Source: an uncultured delta proteobacterium
GTDB taxonomy: Bacteria > Myxococcota_A > Polyangia > Palsa-1104
DNA: 64,000 bases
Assembly: GCA_963785725.1 (NCBI GenBank)
Contig: CAWAWS010000027.1
Location: 44,879 to 108,878 of the forward strand
Direction: 5' to 3'
Positions 11,357 through 22,519 of the stretch are shown in pieces. Every line of letters starts with the position of its first letter. Positions within the stretch are counted from its first letter, which is position 1. The position numbers were made by a program, and so were the translations under genes. Below the pieces are notes generated by a model. That model was not told where the DNA came from and made no database searches. It worked only from the letters and a program-made list of their open reading frames with translations.

Positions 11357-12985
11357 TTAGTTCGCGCGCAAAAGCTCGGCGCAGCGTTCGCCGATCATCA
11401 TGCAGGGCGCGTTCGTGTTGCCGCCGGTGATCGACGGCATGATGGCGGCATCGGCGACGCGCAGCCCTTCGATGCCGCGCACCCGCAGCTGCGGGTCGAC
11501 GACGGCGCGCTCGTCGGTGCCCATGCGGCACGTGCCGACCGGGTGGTAGACGGTGTGGATGCGGTTGGGCAGCTCGGCCGCCATCGCCTCCGCCGACGCG
11601 AACTCGGCGCCGGGATGGAGCTCGCCCGTGACCACCCCCGACAGCGCCGACGCGGCCATGATGTCACGCACCATCGTAATGCCCTCGAGCAAGAGGCGGC
11701 GATCGTCACCCTGCTCGAGGAAGTGCGGATCGATGTGCGGCGCCGCCGTCGGATCGGCCGACACGAGCCGCATTTCGCCGCGGCTCTTCGGGTAAATCAG
11801 CGTCGGCATCACCGTCAGCGCCGGTCGCTTGTCGACGGTCGGACGCACCGGCTTGTCCTGATTCGGCGACGGATACGACCACGGCAGACAGTGAATCTGC
11901 AGGTCGGGAACGCCGGCGCGCGCTTGGCTCGAACGCAGAAAGCCCATGGCGTCGAACACCGTGCGGCCGAACCAGCTGTCGCCCTTGAACGTCTGCGCCA
12001 GCATGCCGCCGAAGAAGTGCCAGGCCGTGCCGCGATGCACCGCTTTCGGCGCCAAAAAGGTCATGGGCACGAAGAGGTGATCGTGCAGGTTCTTGCCGAC
12101 GGGGAGATCGGCAACGGTCGTAATGCCGTGCGCCGCCAGCTCTGCGGCGGGCCCGACGCCCGACAGCATGAGCAGCTGCGCCGAGCCGATGACGCCGGCC
12201 GACAAGATGACCTCGCGCCGCGCCCGAATCGTGCGCGTCTGCCCGTCGGCGATGAGCTCGACGCCGACGGCGCGGCCGCGCTCGATGACGACGCGCGCCA
12301 CCGTCGCGCCCGTCTGCACGTGGAAGTTGGCGCGCGCCTTGGCCGGATGCACGTACGCCTCCGATGAGCTGAAGCGACGACCGTCGCGCGCGTTCATCTG
12401 GCACACGCCGATGCCCTCCTGCGACGCGCCGTTGTAGTCGTCGAGGATCGGCACGCCCTGCTGCTCCGCCAGCGCCTGCATGAACGCCGTCGTCGCGGGC
12501 ACGAGATCCTTCGTCGGCGACACGCGAATGGGACCGCCGGCGCCGCGGAATTCGTTGGCGCCGCCCTCCCAATCTTCGAGCCGGCGGAAGCAGCGCAGCG
12601 CGTCGGACCAGCCCCAGCCGCTGCAGCCTTCGGCGGCCCAATCCTCGTAGTTCTGCTTGTTGCCGCGGACGTAGACCATGCCGTTGATGGCGCTCGAGCC
12701 GCCGAGCACGCGGCCGCGCACGTACGGGATGCGGCGGCCGGCGGCGTTCGACTGCGGCGCCGTGTAGTAGCCCCAGTCGAAGCGCTTCTTGACCTTGGGC
12801 TCGGTGTGGATGATCGACACCATGCCGGGAATCGTGCACAGCTTGGTGCGGTCGCTGCCGCCGGCCTCGAGGAGCAGGACTTCCGTGCCGGCGTCCTCCG
12901 ACAGGCGGCTGGCGACGATGCCGCCCGCCGACCCGGCCCCGACGACGATGTAGTCCACTTCCGCGACTTCGGATGACGCTTTCAT
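11357..12985 (-). CDS. GMC family FAD oxidoreductase (choline dehydrogenase-like)
   Basis: DYIVVGAGSAG, RGRVLGGSSAINGM, NLHDH, YHPVGTCRMG, GGNTNAP. Confidence 0.95.
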   Translation of the reverse strand: MKASSEVAEVDYIVVGAGSAGGIVASRLSEDAGTEVLLLEAGGSDRTKLCTIPGMVSIIHTEPKVKKRFDWGYYTAPQSNAAGRRIPYVRGRVLGGSSAINGMVYVRGNKQNYEDWAAEGCSGWGWSDALRCFRRLEDWEGGANEFRGAGGPIRVSPTKDLVPATTAFMQALAEQQGVPILDDYNGASQEGIGVCQMNARDGRRFSSSEAYVHPAKARANFHVQTGATVARVVIERGRAVGVELIADGQTRTIRARREVILSAGVIGSAQLLMLSGVGPAAELAAHGITTVADLPVGKNLHDHLFVPMTFLAPKAVHRGTAWHFFGGMLAQTFKGDSWFGRTVFDAMGFLRSSQARAGVPDLQIHCLPWSYPSPNQDKPVRPTVDKRPALTVMPTLIYPKSRGEMRLVSADPTAAPHIDPHFLEQGDDRRLLLEGITMVRDIMAASALSGVVTGELHPGAEFASAEAMAAELPNRIHTVYHPVGTCRMGTDERAVVDPQLRVRGIEGLRVADAAIMPSITGGNTNAPCMMIGERCAELLRAN

Positions 12986-13040
12986 GCCGGCTGGCCTCCA
13001 GGCGACCGCCCTAGTCGCCTACGCCTAGTCTGCACGAAAT

Positions 13041-13075
13041 TGAAACTTGTTCTAGTCCTTAAAGAACGCGTTCTA
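13041..13075. promoter_or_regulatory. two KstR-like TnnAACnnGTTnnA boxes
   Basis: TGAAACTTGTTCTA (13041-13054) and AAGAACGCGTTCTA (13062-13075), 21 bp apart, just upstream of the GMC gene. Confidence 0.5.
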
Positions 13076-13299
13076 GCGGATGCGCTAGTCGGCCGCGCCA
13101 CTGCGGCGACCGCGAAGAATGTCCGTGCGTGAGATGTCGCCGGCGACCGATTCGTAACCGGGCGCGCGCGGTTCGCCGCCAACGACCGCCCGCCTACGTG
13201 CATCAACGTAGCGCGCGCTCGTCGACGACGCGCTCGTCGAGCCGCCACTTGCTAGCCCGAATGTAGTCGTTACATGTTCCGCGACTCTTCGCTGGAGGC

Positions 13300-14463
13300 G
13301 TGGTGGTGACTAGGCGGACGATCGGCGCGATCGGTTTCCTTCTGCTCTCCGGATGCCGCAAGCCACCGCCACCGCCGCCGCCGGCCGCGACCGTCGTGGC
13401 CGACGTGGTGACGACGCGCAGCGTGCCGCTCGTCAAAGAATATCTGGCGACGATCGAGGGCGCGACGACCGCGCAGATCGAGCCGCAAGTCGCCGGGTAT
13501 ATCCTCGAGGTCAACTACACCGAAGGCAGTATCGTCCAAAAGGGTCAGCTCTTGTTCACCATCGACCCGCGCCCGCTGGCGGCGGCGCTGGAGAAGGCGC
13601 GCGGCGATCACGCGAGCGCGCTGGCCCAGCTCGACAAGTCCAAGGCCGACGTCGCGCGCTACACGCCGCTCGTGGCGCAGCACGCGCTCAGCCGCGAGCA
13701 GCTCGACGACGCCAAGGCCGCGGTGCTGGAGGCGCAAGGCAACGTCGTCTCGACCGCCGGTCAGCTGCACACGGCCAAGCTCAACCTCGACTGGACGCAG
13801 GTGCGCTCGCCCATCGCCGGCCTCGTCGGCCTGGCGCAGACGCGCGTCGGCACGCTGGTGACCGCGAACCAGGTGCTGACGGTGGTCTCGACGGTCGATC
13901 CGATCCGCGCGTCGTTTCACGTCAGCCAGCAGGAGTACCTGAAATATGCCGACGTGCTCAATCGGCCGGCGGCGCCGGAGTATGCGCGGCTGCGCTACTT
14001 CGAGCTCATCCTCGGCAACGGTCAGCCCTATCCCGAGCGGGCGCGCGAGGTCGTCGTCAATCGCCAGATCGACGTCAGCACGGGAACCTTGACGGTCGAG
14101 GCGTTCTTCCCCAATCCGAAGCGCATCTTGCGGCCGGGGCTCACCGGCAATGTGCGCGTCCACGTCGGCACCGACGTGCCGACGCCGGTCGTGCCCGAGC
14201 GCGCCGTGACCGAGCTGCAAGGGCAGTCGCAGGTGTCGATCATCGACAACGACGGGCGCGTGCAGACGCGCAAGGTCAAGCTGGGCGGGCAGCTCGAGCA
14301 CTCGTTCGTCGTCGAGAGTGGCCTTATGGCCGGCGATCGCGTCATCACCGAAGGGCAGCAGAACATCATGCCCGGCGCCAAAGTGAACGTGCGCAACGCG
14401 TCGGCACGGGCGCCGTCGTCGCCGCTGTCGAGCGCGGAAAAGCCGCATCAACAGGAGCCGTAG
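13300..14463 (+). CDS. RND efflux periplasmic adaptor (MFP), lipoprotein
   Basis: Lipobox LSGC; GQLLFTIDPRP, VRSPIAG, LRPG. Confidence 0.93.
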   Translation: MVVTRRTIGAIGFLLLSGCRKPPPPPPPAATVVADVVTTRSVPLVKEYLATIEGATTAQIEPQVAGYILEVNYTEGSIVQKGQLLFTIDPRPLAAALEKARGDHASALAQLDKSKADVARYTPLVAQHALSREQLDDAKAAVLEAQGNVVSTAGQLHTAKLNLDWTQVRSPIAGLVGLAQTRVGTLVTANQVLTVVSTVDPIRASFHVSQQEYLKYADVLNRPAAPEYARLRYFELILGNGQPYPERAREVVVNRQIDVSTGTLTVEAFFPNPKRILRPGLTGNVRVHVGTDVPTPVVPERAVTELQGQSQVSIIDNDGRVQTRKVKLGGQLEHSFVVESGLMAGDRVITEGQQNIMPGAKVNVRNASARAPSSPLSSAEKPHQQEP

Positions 14464-14466
14464 CCG

Positions 14467-17400
14467 ATGTCCGCCTTTTTCGTGGGCCGACCGATCGTGG
14501 CCATGGTCATCTCGCTCGTCATCGTCATCGCCGGCGCGACCTCGATGCGCGCGCTGCCGATCGCGCAGTTTCCCGAGATCGCGCCGCCCGAAGTGCAGGT
14601 GACGGCGAACTACACCGGCGCCGACGCGGTGACCGTCGAGCAGTCGGTGGCGACGCCGATCGAGCAGCAGATGAACGGCGTCGAGCGCATGATCTACATG
14701 CAGTCCATCAACGGCAGCGACGGCACCTTCACGCTCAACGTCAACTTCGAGGTCGGCACGTCGCCCGACACCGCCAACGTGCTGGCGCAGAACCGCGTCA
14801 CGCAGGCGCAGGCGCGCTTGCCCGAGGCCGTGAGCGCGTACGGCCTGACGGTGAAGAAGGAGTTCGCCTCGCCGCTGTTGGTGCTCGCGCTCTACTCGCC
14901 GGGCGCCAGCTACGACAACCGCTTCTTGGCCAACTACGCGACCATCAACTTGGTCGATCAGCTGCTGCGCGTGCCCGGCGTCGGCGACGTCAAAGTCTTC
15001 GGCTCGTCCGACTATTCGATGCGCGTCTGGATCAACCCCGACGTGCTGGCCAACCTCGGGCTGACCGTGGCCGACCTCGTGCTCGCGCTGCAGCGGCAGA
15101 GCACCGTCAATCCCGCCGGCCAGGTCGGCGCCGAGCCGGTGCCCAAAGGCCAGGAGTTCACATACACCATCCGCGCCAAAGGACGCCTGGTCAGCGCCGA
15201 CGAGTTCGCCAACGTCATCGTGCGCGAGAACCTCGACGGCTCGGTGGTGCGCCTCAAAGACGTCGCGCGCATCGACCTCGGCACCGAGACCTACTCCGAG
15301 ATGGGCCGCTTCATGAGCAAGAACGCGGCGGTCATGGTCGTCTATCAAGTGCCGGGCTCGAACGCGCTCGACATCGCCAAGCTGGCGCGCCAGACGATGC
15401 AGGTCGCGCAGGCGAAGTTTCCCAAGGACATGTCCTACTCGGTCTCGCTCGACAGCACCGAGCCGGTGGTCGAAGGCATCCGCGAGATCGTCGTCGCGCT
15501 GATCGAGACGCTGGCGCTGGTCATCGCCGTCGTCTTCTTGTTCCTGCAGAGCTGGCGCGCGACGCTGATTCCGCTCTTGACCGTGCCGGTGTCGCTGCTC
15601 GGCACGTTCATCCTCTTTCCGCTCTTCGGCTTCTCGGTCAACACGCTGTCGCTGTTCGGCCTGTTGCTCGCCATCGGCCTCGTCGTCGACGACGCCATCG
15701 TCGTCGTCGAGGCGGTGCAGCGACACATCGAGGACGGCATGCCGCCGCGCGAGGCGACGCTGCAGGCGATGCGCGAAGTCTCCGGTCCGGTCGTCGCCAT
15801 CGCGCTGGTGCTCGCCGCCGTGTTCGTCCCCATCGCCTTCGTCGTCGGCATCAAAGGGCGGCTGTTCCAGCAGTTCGCGCTCACCATCGCCGCGTCGGTC
15901 ATCATCTCGGCGTTCACCGCGCTCACGCTCAGCCCGGCCTTGACCGCGATGCTGCTCAAGCCGCAAAAGCGCGGTCGCGGCCTCATCGCGCGCTTCTTCG
16001 CCGGCTTCGATCGCGTGTTCGGCTGGACGACCGGCCACTACGTCAATTTGGCCGGCATCCTCGTGCGCAAGACCTTCATCGCCTTCGTGATCTTGGCGCT
16101 GTTCGGCGCCGGCGCGGCGCTCGTGGGCCGGCGGCTGCCGTCGAGCTTCGTGCCCGACGAGGACCAAGGCTTCATCTTCGGCAACCTGCAGCTGCCCGAC
16201 GCCGCCTCCTTGCAGCGCACCAACGAGATGATGGGCAAGCTCGAAGAGATCATGGCGCACACCGACGGCATCGAGTCTTACACGACCGTCGCCGGCTTCA
16301 GCCTCCTGACCTCGACGGCGGCGAGCAACCAAGGCCTCATGTTCATCAAGCTCAAGCCGTGGAAAGTGCGCAAGTCGCAGGCGCTGTCGGTCGAAGGCAT
16401 CGTCGGCGCGCTCAATCGGCGCTTCGCCGGCGTCATCGAAGGGCGCGCCTTTACGTTTCCACCGCCGGCCATCCTCGGCATCGGCACGTCGGGCGGCTTC
16501 GACATGATGCTCGAAGATCGCGCCGGCATCTCCGTCGAGGAGCTGGCGACCAACGTCGAGAAGTTCATGGCGGTGGCCAAGCAGCGGCCCGAGCTCGTCC
16601 GCCTCAACGACGGCTTCCGCCCGGTCGTGCCGCAGCTCTATGCGCACGTCAACGAGGCGCTGGCGCTCAAGCAAGGCGTCGACTTGGGTGACGTCTACAC
16701 GACCTTGGGCAGCTTCATGGGCGGCCAGTACATCAACGACTTCAACCGCTTTGGCCGCGTCTGGCGCGTCTATCTCGAGGCCGACGGCGACTTCCGCACG
16801 CGCCCCGACAACATCGATCGCTTCTACGTGCGCAACAAGAACAACGAGATGGTGCCGCTCTCGACGCTGGTGACGATCGAGAAGGTCAACGGACCGCTGT
16901 TCACGACGCGCTTCAACATGTATCGCTCGGCCGAGATCACCGGCTCGGCGGCGCCCGGCTACAGCTCGGGACAGGCGATGGCGGCGCTGGTCGAGGTCGC
17001 GCACCAGACGCTGCCGAAGGAGATGTCGTTCGACTGGTCCGGCATGTCGTATCAAGAGCAAAAGGCCGGCGGCGTCGGCGGCGTGCTGACGTTGGCGCTG
17101 CTCTTGGTGTTCCTCATTCTGGCGGCGCAATACGAGAGCTGGTCGCTGCCGTTCAGCGTGCTGTTGTCGACGCCCATCGCGCTCTTCGGCGCGCTCGCCG
17201 GCCTCTTCATCCGCAAGCTGTCGCTCGACGTCTACGGGCAGATCGGCCTCATCATGCTCATTGGCCTCGCGGCGAAGAACGCCATCTTGATCGTCGAGTT
17301 CGCGCGCGCCCAGCTCGAAGGCGAAGGCCACGTGACCATCGAGGATTCGGCGCTGGCGGCGGCGCGACTGCGCTTTCGCCCGATCTTGATGACGTCGTTC

Positions 17401-17667
17401 GCCTTCATCTTCGGCATGACGCCGTTGTGGGTCGCGGCCGGCGCCGGCGCCGTGTCGCGCCGCGAGCTGGGCTCGGCCGTCATCGTCGGCATGCTGATCG
17501 CGACCGCGTTCGGCGTCTTCGTCGTGCCGGCGCTGTTCACGTTCGTCGAGTGGGTGGTGCGACGCGGCTGGCGGCACGCGCCGACGCCCGAGAAGCCGCC
17601 GACGGCACCGGCGACGCCCGCTCCGCCGGTCACGCACATCGGCGGCGGCGGGGAGCAGCCGGCATGA
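14467..17667 (+). CDS. RND efflux permease (HAE1, AcrB/BepE-like)
   Basis: [49 protein letters not shown]. Confidence 0.97.
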   Translation: MSAFFVGRPIVAMVISLVIVIAGATSMRALPIAQFPEIAPPEVQVTANYTGADAVTVEQSVATPIEQQMNGVERMIYMQSINGSDGTFTLNVNFEVGTSPDTANVLAQNRVTQAQARLPEAVSAYGLTVKKEFASPLLVLALYSPGASYDNRFLANYATINLVDQLLRVPGVGDVKVFGSSDYSMRVWINPDVLANLGLTVADLVLALQRQSTVNPAGQVGAEPVPKGQEFTYTIRAKGRLVSADEFANVIVRENLDGSVVRLKDVARIDLGTETYSEMGRFMSKNAAVMVVYQVPGSNALDIAKLARQTMQVAQAKFPKDMSYSVSLDSTEPVVEGIREIVVALIETLALVIAVVFLFLQSWRATLIPLLTVPVSLLGTFILFPLFGFSVNTLSLFGLLLAIGLVVDDAIVVVEAVQRHIEDGMPPREATLQAMREVSGPVVAIALVLAAVFVPIAFVVGIKGRLFQQFALTIAASVIISAFTALTLSPALTAMLLKPQKRGRGLIARFFAGFDRVFGWTTGHYVNLAGILVRKTFIAFVILALFGAGAALVGRRLPSSFVPDEDQGFIFGNLQLPDAASLQRTNEMMGKLEEIMAHTDGIESYTTVAGFSLLTSTAASNQGLMFIKLKPWKVRKSQALSVEGIVGALNRRFAGVIEGRAFTFPPPAILGIGTSGGFDMMLEDRAGISVEELATNVEKFMAVAKQRPELVRLNDGFRPVVPQLYAHVNEALALKQGVDLGDVYTTLGSFMGGQYINDFNRFGRVWRVYLEADGDFRTRPDNIDRFYVRNKNNEMVPLSTLVTIEKVNGPLFTTRFNMYRSAEITGSAAPGYSSGQAMAALVEVAHQTLPKEMSFDWSGMSYQEQKAGGVGGVLTLALLLVFLILAAQYESWSLPFSVLLSTPIALFGALAGLFIRKLSLDVYGQIGLIMLIGLAAKNAILIVEFARAQLEGEGHVTIEDSALAAARLRFRPILMTSFAFIFGMTPLWVAAGAGAVSRRELGSAVIVGMLIATAFGVFVVPALFTFVEWVVRRGWRHAPTPEKPPTAPATPAPPVTHIGGGGEQPA

Positions 17668-19100
17668 GCCGCCTCGTCGTCGTCGTGCTGGCGCTTGGGC
17701 TCGCCGGCTGCCCGCTCGGGCCCAACTACAAGCGGCCGTCGACGCCGATGACGAGCACCTTTCGCGACCAGGCGGTGGCCGAGGCGACGTCGTTCGCCGA
17801 CCTGCCGTGGTGGGAGGTGCTGCGCGACCCGGCGTTGAGCGCGCTCATCCGCGAGGCGCTCGACAACAGCTTCGACCTGCAAGACGCCGTGGCCCGCGTC
17901 GACGTGGCGCGCGAGAACGCGCACATCGGCACCGACAAGCTGCTGCCGGCGATCGGCATCCAAGGCGGCCCCGGATATCAACAAGTTTACTTCGGCACCT
18001 TCCCCGGGTTGAAAGCGGGAAACGTGCGCTACGCCAGCTACGAAGCCGAGGCCACCGTCTCGTGGGAGGTCGATGTGTGGGGCCGGCTGCGGCGCTTGCG
18101 GCAATCGGCGATCGCCGACTTCTTCGCCAGCGAGGACAATCGGCGCGCCGTCGTCGTCTCGTTGATCGGCGACATCGCGGAGAATTACTTCAATCTGCTG
18201 GCGCTCGATCGACAGCTGCAGATCGCGCGGCGCACCGTCGATTCGCGACAGGAGACGCTGGTCCTGTTCCAAAAGCGCGAGACCGGCGGCGTCGGCGACG
18301 CGCTCGACACGACGTCCGAGCAGGCGCAGCTGGCCGACGCGCGCGCCACGCAGGCGAGCGTGGAGCGGCAGATCGTGCAGACCGAGAATCAGCTGGCGCT
18401 GCTCATCGGACGGCCGCCGGGACCGATCGCGCGCGACATCGCGCTGCTCGACCGGCCGGTGCCCGCCGATCAGCCGACCGGGCAGCCGCTGGCGCTCCTG
18501 ACGCGACGGCCCGACGTGCACCGCGCCGAGTCGCAGCTGGTGTCGGGCAACGCGCAGGTCGGCGCCGCGTTCGCCGCGCTCTTTCCGTCGTTCACGTTCA
18601 ACGGCAGCGCCGGGCTCGAGAGCGGCTCGCTGTCGAACCTATTCACGTCGACCGCCTTCACGTTCGGGCTCAGCCTCTTGGTCAACTGGATGGCGCCCAT
18701 CTTGAACGGCGCGCAATATGCGCATCAATATCGCGGGCAACAGGCCAACTATCGCGCGCTCGTGGCCGACTATCGGCGCGCGGTGCTGAACGCGCTCGTC
18801 GACGTCGCCAACGCGCTCGTCACCATCCAGACCTATCGCCTGCAGCGCGTGCAGCAGGAGCTGGGCGTCGTGGCGCTGACCGAGCGGCTGAGGCTGGCCA
18901 AGGTGCGCTTCGCCAACGGCGTCGCCAGCTACTTGGATGTCGTCAACGCCGAGCAGGTCCTGTTTCCGGCGGAGCTGGCGCTGGCGCAGACGATGGGCTC
19001 GCAGCTCGTCGCCTATACGCAGCTGTATCGTTCGCTCGGCGGCGGCTGGCAGACCGCGCCGTCGCAGGCGGTCGCAGCGCGGCAGCAGCGCGATCGTTAG
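17664..19100 (+). CDS. RND outer membrane factor (OprM/NodT family lipoprotein)
   Basis: ATGA overlap; LAGC lipobox then [31 protein letters not shown]. Confidence 0.95.
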   Translation: MSRLVVVVLALGLAGCPLGPNYKRPSTPMTSTFRDQAVAEATSFADLPWWEVLRDPALSALIREALDNSFDLQDAVARVDVARENAHIGTDKLLPAIGIQGGPGYQQVYFGTFPGLKAGNVRYASYEAEATVSWEVDVWGRLRRLRQSAIADFFASEDNRRAVVVSLIGDIAENYFNLLALDRQLQIARRTVDSRQETLVLFQKRETGGVGDALDTTSEQAQLADARATQASVERQIVQTENQLALLIGRPPGPIARDIALLDRPVPADQPTGQPLALLTRRPDVHRAESQLVSGNAQVGAAFAALFPSFTFNGSAGLESGSLSNLFTSTAFTFGLSLLVNWMAPILNGAQYAHQYRGQQANYRALVADYRRAVLNALVDVANALVTIQTYRLQRVQQELGVVALTERLRLAKVRFANGVASYLDVVNAEQVLFPAELALAQTMGSQLVAYTQLYRSLGGGWQTAPSQAVAARQQRDR

Positions 19101-19127
19101 CGCATGCGCTTGCCGCGACCGCGTCGG

Positions 19128-20273
19128 TCAGTCGAAGCGCACGTCGGCGAATCCGCGTCCCGGCCGCGCGAAATAAAAGCCCTGCATCAGATCGCACTTG
19201 GCCTCGAGCAGCACGTCGCGCTCGCTCGGCGTCTCCACGCCCTCGACGATGACGCGCATGCCCAGCTGCGCGCACAGCTCGCTCATCGACAGCACGATCC
19301 CGCGCTTCGTCGCGTTGGAATCGACGTCGCGCACGAGCGACATGTCGAGCTTGACGACCTCGGGCTCGACCATCGCCAGCGTCGACAGCCCGGCGTAACC
19401 GGCGCCCAAGTCGTCGACCGCGATGCGGAAGCCGAGCCGGCGCAGCATCTCCACGCGATCGCCCAAGTGCGGCACGCGCTCGATGCTCGTACGCTCGGTG
19501 ATCTCCAGCACCACGCGCCGCGCCAGCGCCGACAGCGGCGACGACGCCGACCACAGCTGCTCGTCCTCGAGGTCCTCGGCGCGCAAGTTGACGAAGATGA
19601 GGGCGTCGCTCGGCGCGTGCACGGCCGCGCGCGCGACCGCCGCGCGAATCAGGCGGCCGATCTCGGTGACGCGCCCGAGCCGCTCGGCCGCGCTCAGCAT
19701 CAGCTCCGGCTTCGACATCGCCGGCTCGTCGCTGCGCAAGAGCGCTTCGTAGGCATAGACGCGCCGCGCCTTCAGATCGACGATCGGCTGAAACGCCATC
19801 CACAGCGTCGACATCGCTCGCTCGAAGCAGTTGGTCAGCGCCGCCGAATCGCCGAGCAGCTTGTCCTCGGCGCCCATCAGCTCCAGCGCCTGACGCTTCA
19901 AGCGCGCCAAGTTGTAGAGCCCGACCGCGCGCTGCACCGTCTGAATGAGCAGCGACGACTCGACCGGCTTCAAGAGCACGCGCGTCGCGCCGTACTGCAC
20001 GGCCTCGGTGGCGATGCGCAGCGCCGAGCCGCCGGTCATCAAGATCACCGGCACGTCGAGATCGCGCTCGCGCACGGCGCGCAAGAGCTGCAAGCCCGTC
20101 ATGCCCGGCATCGAGATGTCGCTGACGATGGCGTCGAACGGCTGCTCGCGCACCGCTTGCAGCGCGCTCGCGCCATCGGCGGCGGTGACGACGTCGAGCT
20201 GCGCCCGCTTGAGCACACGCTCGTACGCGCGCCGGATCTCCGGTTCGTCGTCCGCCAGCAGGATTCGCCCCAT
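19128..20273 (-). CDS. response regulator with EAL c-di-GMP phosphodiesterase domain
   Basis: ILLADDE and SDISMP receiver; FQPIV, YEALLR, LEITE, DDLGAGY, KLD, EGVE, QGFYFARP. Confidence 0.93.
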   Translation of the reverse strand: MGRILLADDEPEIRRAYERVLKRAQLDVVTAADGASALQAVREQPFDAIVSDISMPGMTGLQLLRAVRERDLDVPVILMTGGSALRIATEAVQYGATRVLLKPVESSLLIQTVQRAVGLYNLARLKRQALELMGAEDKLLGDSAALTNCFERAMSTLWMAFQPIVDLKARRVYAYEALLRSDEPAMSKPELMLSAAERLGRVTEIGRLIRAAVARAAVHAPSDALIFVNLRAEDLEDEQLWSASSPLSALARRVVLEITERTSIERVPHLGDRVEMLRRLGFRIAVDDLGAGYAGLSTLAMVEPEVVKLDMSLVRDVDSNATKRGIVLSMSELCAQLGMRVIVEGVETPSERDVLLEAKCDLMQGFYFARPGRGFADVRFD

Positions 20274-20395
20274 ACACCCTCCCGAACCGTCGCAAATCCG
20301 CGGTACGCGGTTAGTTTAGCGCCAATCGAACGCAATTCGCACGCGCCAAATTGTCGCCGGCAATCCGAGCCGCGCGGCCGTTCGTAAATCGCAGC

Positions 20396-21904
20396 ATGAG
20401 GATGACGCTGGCGCTCACGCTGCTCGTCGTCGCCGGCGCGACGAAATCACCCGCCGCCGAGCCGAGCGGCGCCGCCGGCGGCGTCGTCTTTCAGTCGTGG
20501 TCGCCGGCGCTGTTCGCGCGCGCGCAGGCCGAGCATCGCTTCGTGCTGCTCGATCTCGCCGCCGTCTGGTGCCACTGGTGCCACGTCATGGAGGAGACGA
20601 CCTATCGCGATCCGCACGTCGTCGCGCTCCTCGACCAACGGTTCGTGGCGGTGCGCGCCGACCAGGACGCCGATCCCGACTTGTCACGGCGCTACGAAGA
20701 TTGGGGCTGGCCGGCGACGATCGTCTTTGCGCCCGACGGCTCCGAGATCGTCAAGCGCCGCGGCTACCTTCCGCCGGCGGCGATGGCGTCGCTGCTGCAA
20801 GCGATCGTCGACGACCCATCGCCGGGGCCGTCGGTGCAGCCGGAAGTCGACTGGGCGCCCTCGACGCGAACCCGGCTCGGCGCGACGGCGAAGCAGACGC
20901 TCGAGCGCCACTTCGTCGACCTCTACGACGAGCGTTATGGCGGCTGGGGCAGCATCCACAAATTCGTTGACGCCGAGCCGCTCGCGTACGCGCTCGCCGA
21001 GCCCCGCTATCGACCGTGGGCCCGAAAGACGCTCGACGCCGCGCTCGCGCTCGTCGATCCCGTCGCCGGCGGCATGTTCCAGTACTCCGACGCTGTCGAT
21101 TGGCGCTCGCCGCATTACGAGAAGATCATGTCGGTGCAAGCCCAGGCGATCGAGCTGTACGTCGCCGCCTATGCGCGCTGGCACGATCCCAAGCAGCTGC
21201 AAGCGGCACGCGACATCGCGCGCTATCTGTTGGACACGCTGTCGGGCGACGACGTCGGCGGCGCGTTTTACACCAGCCAAGACGCCGACGTGGACCCGAC
21301 CATGCCGGGCAAAGCCTATTACGCGCTCGACGCCGCCGGCCGCGCGACACACGCCGCGCCGCGCATCGACAAGCACGTCTACCCGCGCGAGAACGGCTGG
21401 GCCATCGCCGCGCTCGTCTCCTTGTTCACCGCCACGCACGACGCGCGCTATCGCGATCGCGCGCTCGCCGCCGCCGAATGGATCGAGCGGCGACGGCGCT
21501 TGCCGAGCGGCGGCTATCGGCACGGCGACGGCGATCGCGCCGGCCCATATTTGGGCGACACGCTGGCGATGGCGCGGGCGCAGTGGCGCCTGGCCACCCT
21601 CGATCCCAGCGGGCCCTGGCACGACCGCGCCGTCGCGTCGTTGCGCTTCATCGACGCCACCTTCCGCGACGCGAGCGCCGGCTACGACAGCGCGCCCGTC
21701 GCCGCCGGCGCCGGCGGCGTCTTCCGCCGCGCCGCCCGGCTCGTCGACGAGAACATCGAGGTCGCGCGGCTCGCCCAAGCGCTGCAGCAGCCGGACATGG
21801 TCGCGCAAGCGATGCACATGCTGACCTCGCCGACGCTGCTGGAGGTGCGACCGTTTTCGCCGACGCTGCTCGTGCTCGACCGCGAGCTGACGCAAACGCG
21901 CTAA
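20396..21904 (+). CDS. exported DUF255/YyaL-type thioredoxin-domain protein with alpha/alpha barrel
   Basis: Signal peptide; WCHWCHVMEETTY, GWPAT, PHYEK, GAFYTSQDAD, ENGWAI. Confidence 0.85.
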   Translation: MRMTLALTLLVVAGATKSPAAEPSGAAGGVVFQSWSPALFARAQAEHRFVLLDLAAVWCHWCHVMEETTYRDPHVVALLDQRFVAVRADQDADPDLSRRYEDWGWPATIVFAPDGSEIVKRRGYLPPAAMASLLQAIVDDPSPGPSVQPEVDWAPSTRTRLGATAKQTLERHFVDLYDERYGGWGSIHKFVDAEPLAYALAEPRYRPWARKTLDAALALVDPVAGGMFQYSDAVDWRSPHYEKIMSVQAQAIELYVAAYARWHDPKQLQAARDIARYLLDTLSGDDVGGAFYTSQDADVDPTMPGKAYYALDAAGRATHAAPRIDKHVYPRENGWAIAALVSLFTATHDARYRDRALAAAEWIERRRRLPSGGYRHGDGDRAGPYLGDTLAMARAQWRLATLDPSGPWHDRAVASLRFIDATFRDASAGYDSAPVAAGAGGVFRRAARLVDENIEVARLAQALQQPDMVAQAMHMLTSPTLLEVRPFSPTLLVLDRELTQTR

Positions 21905-21942
21905 GTCGCCCGCTGCAGCGCTCGTCGGGCGGCCAAGAACAA

Positions 21943-21976
21943 TTGACAAGTCATTCGCGAGGGAGAATGATTCTCC
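21943..21976 (+). promoter_or_regulatory. sigma70 promoter overlapped by a Fur/Per-type 7-1-7 box
   Basis: TTGACA (21943), 17 bp, AATGAT (21966); palindrome GGAGAAT-G-ATTCTCC at 21962-21976. Confidence 0.75.
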
Positions 21977-21979
21977 GCG

Positions 21980-22462
21980 ATGGACCGCCGCGCCGCCACC
22001 CTCGATCGCCGCGTCGACGAACTCGTGCGCCGCTGTCGTGACGCGGGGCTGAACGTCACGCCGCAGCGCTTGGCCGTCTATCGCGCGCTCCTCGAGTCCG
22101 AAGATCATCCCAGCCCCGAGCAGCTCTATCAGCGCGTGCGACCGCTCATGCCCTCGTTGTCGCTGGCGACCATCTACAAGGCGCTCGACGCGCTGCAGGC
22201 GCTCGGCCTCGTCGAGGAAGTGTCGCCTTTGGGTGAGCACAAACGCTACGACGCCAATGATGATCGCCATCATCATTTGGTCTGCACCCAGTGCCACAAG
22301 GTGTCCGACTTCTACGACGAGCGCTTCGACGCGCTGGCGCCACCGCCGAAGCTGGGCGGATTTCACGTGCAGACGCTGACCGTGCAGCTCAAAGGGCTGT
22401 GCCGCGATTGCGCGGCGCCTCCGCGGACCAAGAAGAGTAGCAAAGAGACGAGACGCAGTTAG
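21980..22462 (+). CDS. Fur family regulator (PerR-like)
   Basis: TPQRLAVY, HPSPEQLY, SLATIYKAL, RYDAN..HHHLVCTQC, GLCRDC. Confidence 0.93.
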   Translation: MDRRAATLDRRVDELVRRCRDAGLNVTPQRLAVYRALLESEDHPSPEQLYQRVRPLMPSLSLATIYKALDALQALGLVEEVSPLGEHKRYDANDDRHHHLVCTQCHKVSDFYDERFDALAPPPKLGGFHVQTLTVQLKGLCRDCAAPPRTKKSSKETRRS

Positions 22463-22473
22463 TGGACCGCCGC

Positions 22474-22488
22474 GGAGAATGATTCTCC
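22474..22488. promoter_or_regulatory. second identical Fur/Per-type box
   Basis: GGAGAATGATTCTCC, exact copy of 21962-21976, about 30 bp before the peroxidase start. Confidence 0.8.
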
Positions 22489-22519
22489 ACGGCCGAACCC
22501 TCCAAAGGGGAGGTGCACG

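Noticed and set aside
13270..17637. 1455-aa antisense ORF and similar long ORFs (2782-4788, 27286-29319, 32515-34761, 56807-58327)
   Set aside because: Shadow frames of recognisable high-GC genes; Arg/Ala-rich with no motifs
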